Below, piece after piece: positions 1 through 11,525 of a DNA stretch of 64,000 nucleotides. The position numbers were made by a program, and so were the translations under genes. The DNA comes from Rebecca billardiae RCC1528. Lineage: Eukaryota > Protista > Haptophyta. How positions within the stretch are numbered: position 1 is the first letter of the stretch; each line of letters opens with the position of its first letter. The DNA lies in contig OZ251233.1 in NCBI GenBank assembly GCA_965240325.2, positions 186,001-250,000 of the forward strand, given 5' to 3'. Below the pieces are notes generated by a model, which did no database searches, was not told the origin of the DNA, and saw only the letters and a program-made list of their open reading frames with translations.

Positions 1-2051
1 GCCGCCGCCGAGCCGTTGGCGCGCAGGTGCGCGCCCTCTGGCGCGTACGGCAGCAGGGAGGCGGGCGTGTACGGCACGTGGTGGAACGTGCCGTCGTACT
101 CGGCCGCCTCGGAGCAGCACCAGGAGCCGGTGCCGCCGCGCAGCTGCTCCCAGAAGGCGAGCGCGTCCGCCTGCCGCGCGTGCGCGCGGAACAGCGTGCG
201 CACGTCGCCGAGGTCGAGCACGCGCGCGGCGCAGCCGCCGAGCGCGGCGCGCAGCTCGTCGTCCGAGGCGGGCGGCGCGTCCGCGCGGAGGCAGCAGCCG
301 TCGGCGGGCGCGCCGTCGTCGCGCGCGCACTCGCGCGCGCGCGCGCGCGAGCGCAGCAGCTCGAGCGGCACGCGCGGGTCCTCGAGGAACCCCTTCTCCC
401 TGTGCGCGAACCCGTCGCCCACCTTGCCGCGCTTGGTGCCGCGCAGCCAGAGCGCCGCGTCGAGCCAATGGTCTGCAGGGCAGTCGTGCGGCAGCCGCGC
501 GGGCGAGGAGGCGTCGCACCCCTCGCGCACGTGGCCCGGGCCGAGGCCGTACTCGCACGTGCACCGCACGCGCGGCAGCACGAGCGCGCGGCCGAGCGCG
601 TGCGCCGCCGCCAGCGCCGCGCTGAACTGCGAGTGCTGCGCCGCCATCAGCCGCAGGTGGCGCGCGGGCACGCCGCGCGGCGGCAGCGTGTCGGCGCCCT
701 CGAGCAGCGGCCGCGGCAGCACGGGCGTGTACGTGAGGAAGCGGCCGTCGGTGTAGTGCGACGGCGGGTCGGCGAAGAGCCCGAGCTCCCTCAGCCGCAT
801 CAGCTTGTTCGCCGGGCGCTGCCAGCGCAGGAACGTCGCGTGCACGCCGATGGGCTCGACTTGGCGCAGCGTGTGCAGCGCGCGCACCTGGAAGGAGAGG
901 GCGGAGAGGAACTGGGCGGCGGGGAGGACGCCGAGGCGCGCGCCGCCGCCGAGCATCGCGCACGCGTGGCCCGCCGTGCCCTGCCACTCGCGCACCGTCG
1001 TCTGCCCCTTCCACGCGCGGTTGATCGGCCCCTGGTCGCTCTTGCCCCACGGGAGCTCCGCGGCGGCGCGCGCGGCCGCGCCCAGCAGCGCAAGACCGCC
1101 CGCGCTCGGCCGCGCGGCGAGGATGCCGATGTTGAGCGACTTGGCGCAGGTGGGCGCGGCCTCGAGCTCGAGCTCGGCGGGCGCGCCGCGCAGCCGCGGG
1201 TGCGGCCGCAGCCCGAGCATCCGCGCCCCGTCGTTCGACGCGTCCGTCGAGACCAGCGCGTCCACGGCGCCGTGCGCGGCCAGCGCGCCGAGGACGTACG
1301 GGCGCGGGTCCCGCACCCACGCGACGTCCACGTCCGAGACGAGGACGGCGTGCACGCGCGCGGCGGCGGCGACGCGGAGGAAGTGCAACGCGTGCGCCCA
1401 GCGCCCGGCCTGCGCGTTCCGCACGCCGCCGCCGCCGCCGCCGCCGCCCGCGCGCGGCGCGTGCGCGCTCGGCTGCTCGAGCTGCACCGAGCCGAGCGCG
1501 GCGTACACGCCCACGCCCGCGGCCTGGAGCTGGCGCGCGAGCAGCGTGCGGTTGCCGCCCGGGTCCATCATGCCCACGAGCACGGCGCACTCGCCCACGC
1601 GCTGCAGCAGCTGCGCCGAGAACGAGCGCAGCATGTCGGGCACGCCGCTCGCGAGCGCGACGATGGCGACGCGACCGTCCGCGCCCGCGTGCGCGCGCAC
1701 CATCTCCGCGCTGAGCGGCAGCAGCGCGTCGTTGCCGGCGAAGCCGCAGGGTGACGTGGCGGCGGGCTGCTCGCTGAAGAGGTGCGGCAGCTGCCGCGCC
1801 GACGCAGACGTGCCGCGCAGCGCCGCGTGGCCACGCGGCGCCGCTACGCGTACCAACGGCGGCACCGCGGGCGCGCCGCGACTCGCGCCGCTCGGCGCCG
1901 GCGAGCGTGGGCGGGCGCCCGCGACGCCAGCGATGACAACACGGCTCGGCTCCGATGCCGGCCGCGCGAGCGGCGCCAGGAGCGCGAGCGCCGCCGTGAG
2001 CAGGAGTGCAAAGGCTGGGTGCACCCAGCTGTGGTCCGCCGCGGGCGCCAT
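1..2051 (-). CDS. GT77 nucleotide-diphospho-sugar transferase, XEG113/arabinosyltransferase-like (3' end beyond window)
   Basis: Manual translation from ATG at 2051, no in-frame stop down to base 1. N-terminal hydrophobic anchor PAFALLLTAALALLAPLA, DxD motif SDVDVAWVRDP, LNIG, SDQGPIN, GVHATF, LVLPRVRCTCE and C-terminal WCC, as in XEG113-type GT77. Confidence 0.8.
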   Translation of the reverse strand, partial: MAPAADHSWVHPAFALLLTAALALLAPLARPASEPSRVVIAGVAGARPRSPAPSGASRGAPAVPPLVRVAAPRGHAALRGTSASARQLPHLFSEQPAATSPCGFAGNDALLPLSAEMVRAHAGADGRVAIVALASGVPDMLRSFSAQLLQRVGECAVLVGMMDPGGNRTLLARQLQAAGVGVYAALGSVQLEQPSAHAPRAGGGGGGGGVRNAQAGRWAHALHFLRVAAAARVHAVLVSDVDVAWVRDPRPYVLGALAAHGAVDALVSTDASNDGARMLGLRPHPRLRGAPAELELEAAPTCAKSLNIGILAARPSAGGLALLGAAARAAAELPWGKSDQGPINRAWKGQTTVREWQGTAGHACAMLGGGARLGVLPAAQFLSALSFQVRALHTLRQVEPIGVHATFLRWQRPANKLMRLRELGLFADPPSHYTDGRFLTYTPVLPRPLLEGADTLPPRGVPARHLRLMAAQHSQFSAALAAAHALGRALVLPRVRCTCEYGLGPGHVREGCDASSPARLPHDCPADHWLDAALWLRGTKRGKVGDGFAHREKGFLEDPRVPLELLRSRARARECARDDGAPADGCCLRADAPPASDDELRAALGGCAARVLDLGDVRTLFRAHARQADALAFWEQLRGGTGSWCCSEAAEYDGTFHHVPYTPASLLPYAPEGAHLRANGSAA

Positions 2052-2149
2052 CGGCCCCGCCCTGTCTTTGACCGGCGGCGGTTCCGGCCAGGCCCAAGTC
2101 GAAATCCGGCCTGTCCCGACGGGCCTTGCCGTTGGGAGCGGAGAGCAGC
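2052..2149. promoter_or_regulatory. Probable bidirectional promoter between divergent GT77 and SDR genes
   Basis: Only 98 bp separate the two divergent ATGs. Confidence 0.45.
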
Positions 2150-3223
2150 ATGATGGAGCCACGGGCGATGGCGGACGTGGACGGCCTGCTCAAGGTGGCA
2201 GCGGTGGCGTCGGCGGCGGCGGCGGCGCTGTGCGCGCTCGTACTGCTGCTCCGCGCGCGGCACGTCGACACGCGGGGCCGGACTGTGCTGATCACTGGCT
2301 GCGACCGCGGCATCGGCCGCGAGCTCGCGCTCCTCCTCGCGCGTGAGCGCGGGCTGCGCGTGCTGTGCGCGTGCCTCACGCGCGACGGGCAGCGCGCACT
2401 GCTCGCGGCGTGCGACGGGTGCGCGGCGGAGCTGTCCGCGCCGCTGCTCGACGTGTCGGACGAGGCGAGCGTCGCGCGTGTCGCGCGCCTCGCGCGGGAC
2501 GCCGGCGGCGGCTCCCTCCACGCGGTCGTGCACAACGCGGGCGTGGCGCGCGGCTCTTTTGCCGAGTGGACGGCGGTCGCCGAGTACCGCGAGACGATGG
2601 AGGTGAACTTCCTGGGCGTGGTGCGGCTGACGAAGGCGGTGCTCCCGCTCGTGCGCGCCGCGCGCGGCCGCGTCGTCGCCGTCTCCTCCGCCACCGCCGT
2701 CGAGGGCCTGGGCGCGCTGCCGTCGCAGTCGGCGTACGTCGCGTCCAAGCACGCGCTCGAGGCGTGGTGCCGCTGCGTGCGCGCCGAGTGCGCGGGCTGG
2801 GGCGTGCGCGTGATCACGGTGAACCCGGGGTTCACCGCGACCGAGCTGGTTCGCGGCGTGCCGCGCGCGTGCGCCGAGCGCTGGGCCTCCCTCGACCCGG
2901 CCGTGCGGTGCGCGTGGGGGGAGCGCTTCTACCGGGCGTACGCGCGGCGCGTGGCCCTCGGCGCGCGGATCGGCGCGGCGCCGGGCGGCGTGGCGCGCGC
3001 GCTGCGCCACGCCGTGCTGGCCGCGTGGCCGCGGCGGAGGTACTGGGTGGGCATCGACGCGCGCCTCGTCTTCTACCCGCTGTCCTTCGCTCCCGAGTGG
3101 CTCGTGGACGCGCTGCTCGCCGCGCCCGTCACGCTGGGCATGCCGGCCCGACCCGGGCGCGCGCTCGCACGCCGGCATGCGGCAGGTGATGCCCGTGGCC
3201 GTGACGAGCCACAGTTTGGATGA
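2150..3223 (+). CDS. Short-chain dehydrogenase/reductase (retinol dehydrogenase/17beta-HSD-like, membrane anchored)
   Basis: TGCDRGIG Rossmann motif, HNAG, VSS, catalytic YVASK, VNPG; N-terminal TM; ATG at 2150. Confidence 0.92.
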   Translation: MMEPRAMADVDGLLKVAAVASAAAAALCALVLLLRARHVDTRGRTVLITGCDRGIGRELALLLARERGLRVLCACLTRDGQRALLAACDGCAAELSAPLLDVSDEASVARVARLARDAGGGSLHAVVHNAGVARGSFAEWTAVAEYRETMEVNFLGVVRLTKAVLPLVRAARGRVVAVSSATAVEGLGALPSQSAYVASKHALEAWCRCVRAECAGWGVRVITVNPGFTATELVRGVPRACAERWASLDPAVRCAWGERFYRAYARRVALGARIGAAPGGVARALRHAVLAAWPRRRYWVGIDARLVFYPLSFAPEWLVDALLAAPVTLGMPARPGRALARRHAAGDARGRDEPQFG

Positions 3224-3672
3224 CTGGCTGCGGCCTGCGCGGCAGCTACTCGACTCGGCGCTGGCGATCAATCACGTGAGTGCTTGGAGTTGGGCAGGCA
3301 CCCCTGCGCTGCATAGGAGCCGCCGCGTGGTAACCGCAGCTCCGCCGCCGATGCAGCCTACGGGCCCGCGGCGCCTGCGGGCCGCACAATCGCATGCTGC
3401 CACCGTCACCGCCATTGATCGGTGGACGGTGGGGTCGCTGGCGGCTTTCGTCCGGTCAGCACAGCGTCATCCGGTCACAACGGCCAAGCCGCAGCGACGA
3501 AATCGGCCGACGATGGCACACGGCTTCCGCGTCAGCCGTCCCGACGACGCGTGCGACTCGTAACCCCCCACCGTGCCGGCGGGCGCGCGCCGGGCGCGCG
3601 GCTTGGTTGGTGTGAGGGCACGACGATCTGCGCTGCCGAGTCTCGTCGCGACGCCGCAGCCGTGCTGCGGCC

Positions 3673-4389
3673 ATGGCCGACCCCGCCGATGCGCGCGGCC
3701 CGTGGGAGAGCGAGGACGTGCTGATGCGCGTGGCCGACCAGGAAGCCGTGCCCGGATGGCTCGAGGCGCGCTGCGCCGCGCTCGGCGCCGCGGCGCAGCC
3801 CGAGGCCGAGCCGGGGCGGTGGCTCATCGGCCATCTGCTCGACGTGCGCCACCCGTCCAAGGCGGCGCAGCGGCTCGTCTGCATGCAGCTCATGCACTTC
3901 CGCGTCGAGCCGTCGGACGCGACGCTGGGCGCGGCCGAGTGGCACGGGCGCAACCTCGACCGGGGCGGCCCGTGCGCGCTGCAGCCCTTCGTGCGCCAGC
4001 TGGGCCACGCGGCGCTGCGCGCACTCGTCTCCGCCCAGCTGTGCGCACTGCCGCCCGACGAGCTGCCGGACGTGCGGTCGTCGCGCGTGCACGCGACGCG
4101 CCGCACCGACGTGTTCAGCGACGAGGCGCCGATGCGGCGCGCCGCCGAGATCGTCGCGCAGGTGATGCGCGGTGGCGAGGTGCTCGAGCAGATCGCGCGC
4201 CCGATCGCGCGCGGCGGCGGCGCGCGCGCGCGCGGCCTCGAGCTCGAGGCGACGCTCGACGGTCGCGCGGCGCGCACGCGTGGGCGGTGGCCGCCGCCGC
4301 TGCGGAGCGCGGGCTGCTGCGGCCGATGCGGGCGACCCCTGCCGCCCTTGCGTACGCGTGGGCATGCGCGGGGGCGGCGGCCGGGCTGA
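3673..4389 (+). CDS. Hypothetical protein
   Basis: ATG-initiated, GC3-rich codon usage and globular-looking sequence for about the first 195 aa; no recognisable motif; 3' end may be spliced. Confidence 0.5.
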   Translation: MADPADARGPWESEDVLMRVADQEAVPGWLEARCAALGAAAQPEAEPGRWLIGHLLDVRHPSKAAQRLVCMQLMHFRVEPSDATLGAAEWHGRNLDRGGPCALQPFVRQLGHAALRALVSAQLCALPPDELPDVRSSRVHATRRTDVFSDEAPMRRAAEIVAQVMRGGEVLEQIARPIARGGGARARGLELEATLDGRAARTRGRWPPPLRSAGCCGRCGRPLPPLRTRGHARGRRPG

Positions 4390-5005
4390 AGCCGCCGCCG
4401 AGCCGCGCGCCGCGCACGTGCGGCGAGCTACTACGCGGCTGGCCGCCGCGCTTCGCGCACCTGCCCTGGACCGGCAGGCGGCGCGCGTTCTTTGGCGTTT
4501 CTCGCGACGGACCGTCCAGTTAACCAAGTTTACCTGTCGTCAGGTCCGTCAGATGAAAAGTTAATCATCCATCAAGAAGCAGACATATGAATCCACGTAT
4601 GTACTTTACGACATCGCGTCTTCCTTCCGAGATATTATGGATGGTTGTCGTAACGTCTCACCATGGGGCACTCAATTACTGGATACAACATGTAAAAAGA
4701 GACGCTTGAGTATCCAGGCTCAGGGGCCGGCATATGTAGTGGGTAGGAGTTGCGGGTAGAGTTCACGCAAGGATATGAGATCTTCAATCTTGGACAACAG
4801 GGTGTGCCAGGCCCACTTGACGATTTCATCGCTTCGGACCCGCGTGATGTGTACACCTATCAACTTTGGGTCCACATACTGTACGACTGATGCGAGATCT
4901 TCAATCTTGGACAAACAGAGCGTCACGAAGACCACTTGACGAAGAATCTCGTCGCACCCGCATGCTACAATAAGCAACCTGATTAATAGCAGCAGAATAG
5001 AAGGG

Positions 5006-5878
5006 ATGTGGCGTGGTGGACGGTGGACCCGCTTCGACGAGTGGACTTCTCCCCCGTCCCACCACCCTTGCGCACTCATGGCCCTCGATGACGACTCGGA
5101 CCCACGCTGTCGGCGGCGCTGGAGGCCGCTTCCGGCGCAGAGGCTGCTGCTCGAAGAGGTATACGCGATGTGCGACATGCCCAGCCGCGCCACCGTCCAC
5201 GCGCTCGCCGAGGTGCTCGGCATACAACCTCTCCAGACCAGGATCTGGTTCCAGAACAAGCGCCAACGCGCGCGCAAGAAGCACACTGCCGATCATCCGC
5301 CCAACCCAGTCACGGCAGCCCTCCAAGCAACCCCCACGCCGCTCGATGGCGCGACGCCGTCACGCACGTGGGTGGCTTGCGCTGCACCCACTACCGCAGA
5401 CGCACTCGGCCCGTCATCTCTGCCGCACAGCGCGCAAGTGGCGCGCGTGCTATCGCCCTCTGCCCACCGGATCTCAAGCGCCTCGTCGATGATCTTGCCC
5501 CCGCCGCACATCACGGAGCAGCTGTACCACCCGCTCCCGACGCTGCCACCGCACCAGGTGCCGTTTCAGCAGCTGCTGGAGCGTGAGCTGCTGACAGCGG
5601 AGGGCGCGGGTGCATTCCTCAAGTCGGAGAGCCTCTCTCTCAGCCTGAGCCTTCCCGAACTGCTTGATCCGATGATGCGCATCCCGGTCCCCGTCATCAG
5701 CACCAGCGCACCGTCTGCTCCCGCCCCCACTGCCAACCTGCGCCACCGCGCCACCGCGCCGAACGCTGCGCTCACCGACGCGATCGACGTCTTTGACGAC
5801 CGCTGCATGATGGCGGCCCAATCCGCGTCTATCGCTGCTGAGACGTGGTCATTGCTACTACCTTGGGTGCCGCTTTGA
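5006..5878 (+). CDS. Homeobox transcription factor (non-TALE, Q50)
   Basis: RRRWRPLPAQRLLLEEVY...LAEVLGIQPLQTRIWFQNKRQRARK homeodomain followed by a Pro/Ser-rich tail; intronless; start could be the ATG at 5078. Confidence 0.88.
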   Translation: MWRGGRWTRFDEWTSPPSHHPCALMALDDDSDPRCRRRWRPLPAQRLLLEEVYAMCDMPSRATVHALAEVLGIQPLQTRIWFQNKRQRARKKHTADHPPNPVTAALQATPTPLDGATPSRTWVACAAPTTADALGPSSLPHSAQVARVLSPSAHRISSASSMILPPPHITEQLYHPLPTLPPHQVPFQQLLERELLTAEGAGAFLKSESLSLSLSLPELLDPMMRIPVPVISTSAPSAPAPTANLRHRATAPNAALTDAIDVFDDRCMMAAQSASIAAETWSLLLPWVPL

Positions 5879-6195
5879 ACGACATCAGAAATAAAGTAGC
5901 GCAGCGCATCGTCAGTGTAATGTGTATTCGTCGTCGTCTCGACAGCATATATATATATATATGTATGCATCATCAATATAATGACCGCGTTCCGCGGTCC
6001 TTTTCCGTAGAACGAACGTAGTTCAGGGCCCGCGGTGGCGGTGCACCCTCCATCGCAGTCGTCTATTGACAGACCCGGAGTTGCATGCCCGTACAACTAG
6101 ACTCCAGCGGCGCGCCGCCGCCCGCCGCGCCGGGCGCGGGCCCATCGCACTTCGCAGCCGCCGGCGCGGCGCCGATTGTGTACAGGCGGATGCGA

Positions 6196-6515
6196 CGAGG
6201 CGTGATCGACGCATGAGCGCGACTCCACGTGCACGCCAGGCCACGCGAAGCTGACAGCCAGGGAGCACGGTGCGGGGCCGCGGATTCGTTCGGGCCGCTG
6301 CTGCTGACTGACCGACTGTGGCGCTGTCCGCCGCGGGTCACCGCGCACCGGCAGCGCCAGGATAGTACTGTAGATGATTTGCACTGGTCCGAGTAGGGTT
6401 CGACCAGCGCCTGCGCGACGGCCGACAGGCGGGCGCGAGGCGTGATCGACGCATGAGCGCAACTCTACGTGCACGCCAGGCCACGCGGAGCTGACAGCCC
6501 GAGGGAGCACGGTGC
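6196..6515. repeat. ~80-bp direct repeat pair, 240 bp apart
   Basis: cgaggcgtgatcgacgcatgagcgc...gcacgccaggccacgcg...gctgacagcc...agggagcacggtgc at ~6196 and ~6436. Confidence 0.85.
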
Positions 6516-7174
6516 CGAGGTCGGAGGTGCGAGCGGGCACCAGTGTCCAGTCACGGATCGTTCGCGCACGCCGCGCGTGCACGGGCTGACACACCTCGAT
6601 CAGGCTCGGCACGCGTTGCAGAGGCACAGCCAGCTCTGGGGACGTCACGCACCACCGTCGCCCGCGCAGCTCGTCCTCCTCGTAGAGTACCGTTCAGTTC
6701 CGAGGCGTAGCCCTCGCTCAGAGTCGACCGTCGACGATGGATGGACTCGGATCGTCGGCGCTCCCCGGAAAGGCATGGCAAGGGCGGCGCGTGGTGAAGT
6801 CGAAGACTCAGAGATCGATCAGTCCGGCATCAGGCGCCGCTGCCCCCGAGCTTGCGAGAGCCCGAATACAGGGCGGCTGCCGCGGCGCGGCCGCCGGGCG
6901 CCCCGGCGACCGGGCGCGCGGCCGCGCGCAGGCATCGACACGGGGCGGCGGGGGCGCGCGGAGTGAGCGGGGGCACGAACGCGATGTCGACGGCAGTCGG
7001 GACCCGCCGCAGCCGCGCGCTCCAGGCGCCACTCGCCGCGCGCACCTGCCCATCGCCGTCCTCACCCGTCGGTCGCTCGTGGCTGGCGCCTCCTGAGCTC
7101 CTGTCGCCGCAGCCGCGGCGTGCAAACGCGGGCCGCACACGCCGCGCGGGCGCCGCGCCCCCTCCGGCTCCGAC

Positions 7175-8630
7175 CAAGGGCGGTAAGGGCTGTCAACTCC
7201 CAGTGGCGCCGAGTGGCGGAGGTTGGGGCAAGGGTAGTAAGGGTGAGCAACTCCGCTGGCGACAGCCGCGGAGGTCGGTGCTGCTCCAAGGCGGGAAGAA
7301 GGCGACGCGGAGGACGGCGCTTGGAGCAAAGTGAGGTGCACTGCCGCTGCGCAGCGGGCCAAGAGCCGCGCATCCTCCGCGGACCGACTCGGCCGACGCC
7401 GCGCCTCACGCCGTGCGCGGCCTCAGCGCCCTCCGCCGCTGATAGTACTCGCTCCGCTCCGCTCGCACCGGGCGCCGAGGCAAACAGAGCCCTCCCGACC
7501 TCCGCGGCTGTCGCCAGCGGAGTTGCTCACCCTTACTACCCTTGGTTGGGGGCCCCTCAACTCGTGCGGCCGCGCGGCGCAGCGGCTAAGTCTCCTGGGG
7601 CGCCGCCCTGGAGGGCGCGTGGGGTGCGCACGCCGCGGGCTCCTGCGCCCGCGGCAGCGGCCGCGGACACGGCGCGCGTGGTTGGTCGCCTGCTAGACAG
7701 CACGTAGTACCCTCCCACGCCGCGCGCCGCGCTCGCCGGTGCCCTCGCCGCGCCTCAGGCCAGCCGCGCACGCGCGCCGCGCCAATGGCCAGCCGTGGCC
7801 ACGAGCCAGCCGCCGGCGCGCGCGCGGTGCGCGGTGCGGTCGGCGCGGGTCGGGCGCGCGCCCGGGGCGAGGCTCGCGTATGATGGGCGCGCGGCATGCC
7901 GCCTCGCGCCGCCGCGCTGACGCCCGCATGGGTCGGCGCGCACGCGTTTACATGCTGTCGAGTGTGCATTGCCATGTTTGAAAATGCTCACGTTGAGACG
8001 ATCATGGGACGGCAGCGACGCGTGATAGACAAGCGCAGACCACTAATATGTGCACGGCCAGCCTCATGTCATGGCAAGCAAGTCCCCGAGTGCCCGCGTT
8101 CGTCGCACTGATGCGCTCACAACCACTTATCCAAGCTCATTTCTGATGGCCGAGGAATGCTCGACGAGCACTCTTCAGCAGCCGCGTGCAACGTGATCAA
8201 GCTCGTGGGTGGCGGCGCGAGGCGGCATGACGCGCGCCCATCATACGCGAGCCTCGCCCCGGGCGCGCGCCCGACCCGCGCCGACCGCACCGCGCACCGC
8301 GCGCGCGCCGGCGGCTGGCTCGTGGCCACGGCTGGCCATTGGCGCGGCGCGCGTGCGCGGCTGGCCTGAGGCACGGCGAGGGCACCGGCAAGCGCGGCGC
8401 GCGGCGTGGGAGGGTACTACGTGCTGTCTAGCAGGCGACCAACCACGCGCGCCGTGTCCGCGGCCGCTGCCGCGGGCGCAGGAGCCCGCGGCGTGCGCAC
8501 CCCACGCGCCCTCCAGGGCGGCGCCCCAGGAGACTTCGCCGCTGCGCCGCGAGGCCGCACGAGTTGAGGGGCACGGAACCTCCGCCACTCGGCGCCACTG
8601 GTCAGGAGTTGACAGCCCTTACCGCCCTTG
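7175..8630. mobile_element. Outer non-autonomous TIR element with paired ~50-bp subterminal repeats (A-B...B'-A')
   Basis: A 7175-7224 is inverted at 8577-8630; B 7229-7278 is perfectly inverted at 7495-7544; A and B are related (caagggNNgtaaggg...caactcc...gcggaggt). Confidence 0.65.
7552..8572. mobile_element. Foldback/MITE-like element with ~362-bp terminal inverted repeats
   Basis: 7552-7913 is the near-perfect reverse complement of 8211-8572; 297-bp lower-GC spacer; no transposase; no clear TSD. Confidence 0.8.
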
Positions 8631-9346
8631 CTCCGACTATACGGATAGCTGCGGCGGGTATTTTCAATCTCTCGCACTATTGGAGTTGGTTGGACGATTA
8701 TGTCAACGGTCGTTCTTGGCATCTTGCAGCGGCGAGGCCATATTATTTTACTATGGTCACACTACATTAAGGAGAGTCTACCCACAATTACCCTGCCTCG
8801 CACACTTGGGCGCGGGTTTCGTTGATTCCTCTGTTCACTATTCAAGACGGCGGACGCGCCCTTTTTCGACGAGGATGCACCTGTAAGGGAGTCTCGAAAT
8901 TCGAAACTCGGTCTCCTCCAGCCCTGAAAATCGTCCCCCGTCCCTTTTTTCTTTGATCAAAGATCTTTTTGAAACGTGGTTCGGGCCCGCTGGTGCGGGC
9001 TCCACGCTGCGCGCTCCGCCCTGCACCGCGGGCCATAATAATATATATATTATTATAATATTATTTATAATATATATATATAATAAAAATACTATACTGC
9101 TGCTTATAGACTCATTCTATGATTTAACGACACAGGTAGGCTAGTCAGGTAGGACGACGCGCGGGTCTCCTGATTCGTCGGCGGCATATTGCCCGATCGA
9201 TCGTCGACACGAAGTCGGCGCGTACACTACGCGAGTAATAAGCCTATGATATTATAATGCTTGGATGGGCCCAGGACGGGAGTGGTATAATAGTCATCAG
9301 CGCAGTCTCGCATTGATCATCAGCGTTATTATATATATATATATAT

Positions 9347-9817
9347 TGGAGCGCGGAGGTGGACCTCACCCTCAAGAAGATCGCCAAGATGGGGCGGGAC
9401 ACGTGGCGCGCGCGCCTCAGCGCGCCCTCGCGCCCTGCCGCCGAGCGCGCGCTGCTCGGCACCATGCGGCGCGAGCTGGGCATGCGCTGCCTGCGTGGCC
9501 AGGCCAAGATGCTCATCGCCCGCGCGCGCATGGCGCACGTGCGCCCGGGGGCACGCGCCCGCGGGGGCGCTGCATACGACGACGACTACTTCGAGACGAC
9601 GGCTGACGACGCGTGGCACCGCGATCACCGCGGTGGCGCGCGCGCGTCGACGCCAGACGGTGCGTCGAGCTTCCGCTCGGCGATGGAGTGATGGGCGACT
9701 ACGAGGGGGGGGGGGACGACGGCGAGGAGCGCTGATCCTGGTGTTTGTCTCTGCTGCTCGATCTGCTGCTACAGCTTGCTGACTCTGACGCCTGCCCGTT
9801 GCCGATACCACGTCGTT
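9347..9817 (+). mobile_element. Probable 5'-truncated CRE-like non-LTR retrotransposon 3' end inserted in (TA)n
   Basis: Reading frame begins abruptly after (TA)n: WSAEVDLTLKKIAK...MRRELGMRCLRGQAKML, resembling the C-terminus of CRE-clade RLE proteins (..RLSVALQRGNA..); stop at 9691, short 3' UTR, then microsatellite. Confidence 0.5.
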
Positions 9818-9853
9818 AATATAGATATATATATATATCTATATATATATCTA

Positions 9854-9896
<43 letters not shown>

Positions 9897-9897
9897 A
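9818..9897. repeat. (TA)n/(TCTA)n microsatellite
   Basis: Directly visible. Confidence 0.95.
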
Positions 9898-10811
9898 CAC
9901 AGTGCAGGATTGGAATTTTCCGTGACGCTTCGGACGGTCCGCAGCTCGAGTCAGCGAATCCGGTCTCGGCCGGACAGTGGAACTCGGGTGGAAGCCGCGA
10001 CTTCGCGGCGGACGGAGCCTCAAACGAGCGGTGCCTCGGCTCGCGGCGCGATCTACTCGGCGAAGACCGACGAGGCTGCTCGCGGGCCCGACTATGCGTC
10101 GACGCGGGCTGGGGTCGTCTTCCGCGTGGCGCTGGGCAAGTTCCTCGCCGCCCTGACGGGTGCTCTCCTTTCGCCCTCACGGCGCGCGCGGTGCGTTTCG
10201 CGAGCTTCTTGCATGCGCCGCCCGCGGTTGCGCCCGAGCCTGATGCTTCAGTCGACACGGCAGGTGGCTCGCGCAGGGTGGGATTGTGTGCGGGTGCCGC
10301 TGGCGGTGCGTCTCACCCTCCTGAAATTGTGTGGGAGGCTGTGACATTGCACGCGTACACCCCGCCACGCCCGCGGCCCGCCCGCGCAAACGCCGCGCCG
10401 CGCAGTTGTCTTTGACCTCGAGCGAGCCTGAGGCGTGGAGGCGACCGACGGCGGGGTGCGACTTGCCCACCGACCCGAGCCGCATCACCCAGCGCAGCCT
10501 CGCCCGCGACGACGCTTCGCCTGGCTGCCACTGCTCAGCCGCGTGCAAGGCGGGCTGGGCGACGTCTTTGCCGAGCGCGGCTGCAGCGCAGCACGCGAGA
10601 GGCTGGAGCGCCATGACGCGGATGGCGGAGCGGGCTTTGGGCTGGCTGGCATGAGCCGCCAGGCTGTACCGTCCGCGCAGATCGCGCTCGGCCCGGCCGC
10701 AGCCCTCCTGAGCGCGCGCCTCAGAGCTGAGACTGATCACGTGCACGCGCACAAGCCACACTGCCGTGGCTGTGTCGAGCAGCTGCGTGTGCTCGAGGCG
10801 CGGCGCTCGCA

Positions 10812-11525
10812 CGGGCCACGCGGGCGCAGCGGGTGCGCGCAGCTGGCGCACGCAGTGCCACGTCCTGCCGCGCCAGTTTGGCGGCCGTCCGCCCCCCCGA
10901 GCTCGAGTTCTGCGCGCTTTGCGACGGCGCGGCCGGCCGCGCCCATCTTCATGCTTGGGCACGCCAGCATGGCCGCCGCCGGGCCTGCTGCGCGCGCCGA
11001 AGCTGGAGGGCGGAGGAGGGCGCTGGGCTGCTCCTACGGCGTGCTGCAGCCCGGGCAGGCTTTTCCGCGGCGCGGCGAGGCCGTCGCGCCTGCTCGCCGC
11101 CGTCGAGTCGCCCGTGCTGAGTGACCGTCGGCCGCATGTGCTCGGCGGCACCGCAGGCAGGCGTCCCATACCAGTGTGCTCGAGCCGCTGCGCGCACCCA
11201 AGGCGAGCTGCTCGAGCGGGCTAGGTGGGCCCACGGAGTGCGCGCAGCTGGCGCACGCAGCCCCGCGTCATGGGGTGTCGGTTTGACGGTCGCCAGCCCC
11301 CGTGGGCTCGAGCTCTGTGCGCTTCACCACGGAGGTGCCGACGGCGCCCCGCGGCGCGCAACGGCGTGGCAGCATGGCCGCCGCCGGCGCCGCCGCACAT
11401 GCCGCCGCTTACGGGCAGTCGAGAGCTTGGGGCAGCACCTACGGCATGCTGCAGCTCGGGCGGGCTCTGCCAGCCTGCTGTGGCGTGATCGCGCATTTTC
11501 CAGACCGTCGACTCGCCCGCGCTGC
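10812..11525. repeat. Degenerate ~300-bp tandem duplication (period ~400 bp)
   Basis: Shared blocks gtgcgcgcagctggcgcacgcag, gctcgag.tctg.gcgct, cagcatggccgccgccgg, cctacggc.tgctgcagc and ccgtcga.tcgcccg in both copies. Confidence 0.7.

Noticed and set aside
16-2346. Long + strand ORFs (246, 575 and 513 aa)
   Set aside because: Antisense shadows of the GT77 gene in high-GC DNA.
10040-10150. PARP-like fragment GAIYSAK...Y...VFRVALGK
   Set aside because: Too short and with no supporting upstream motif.
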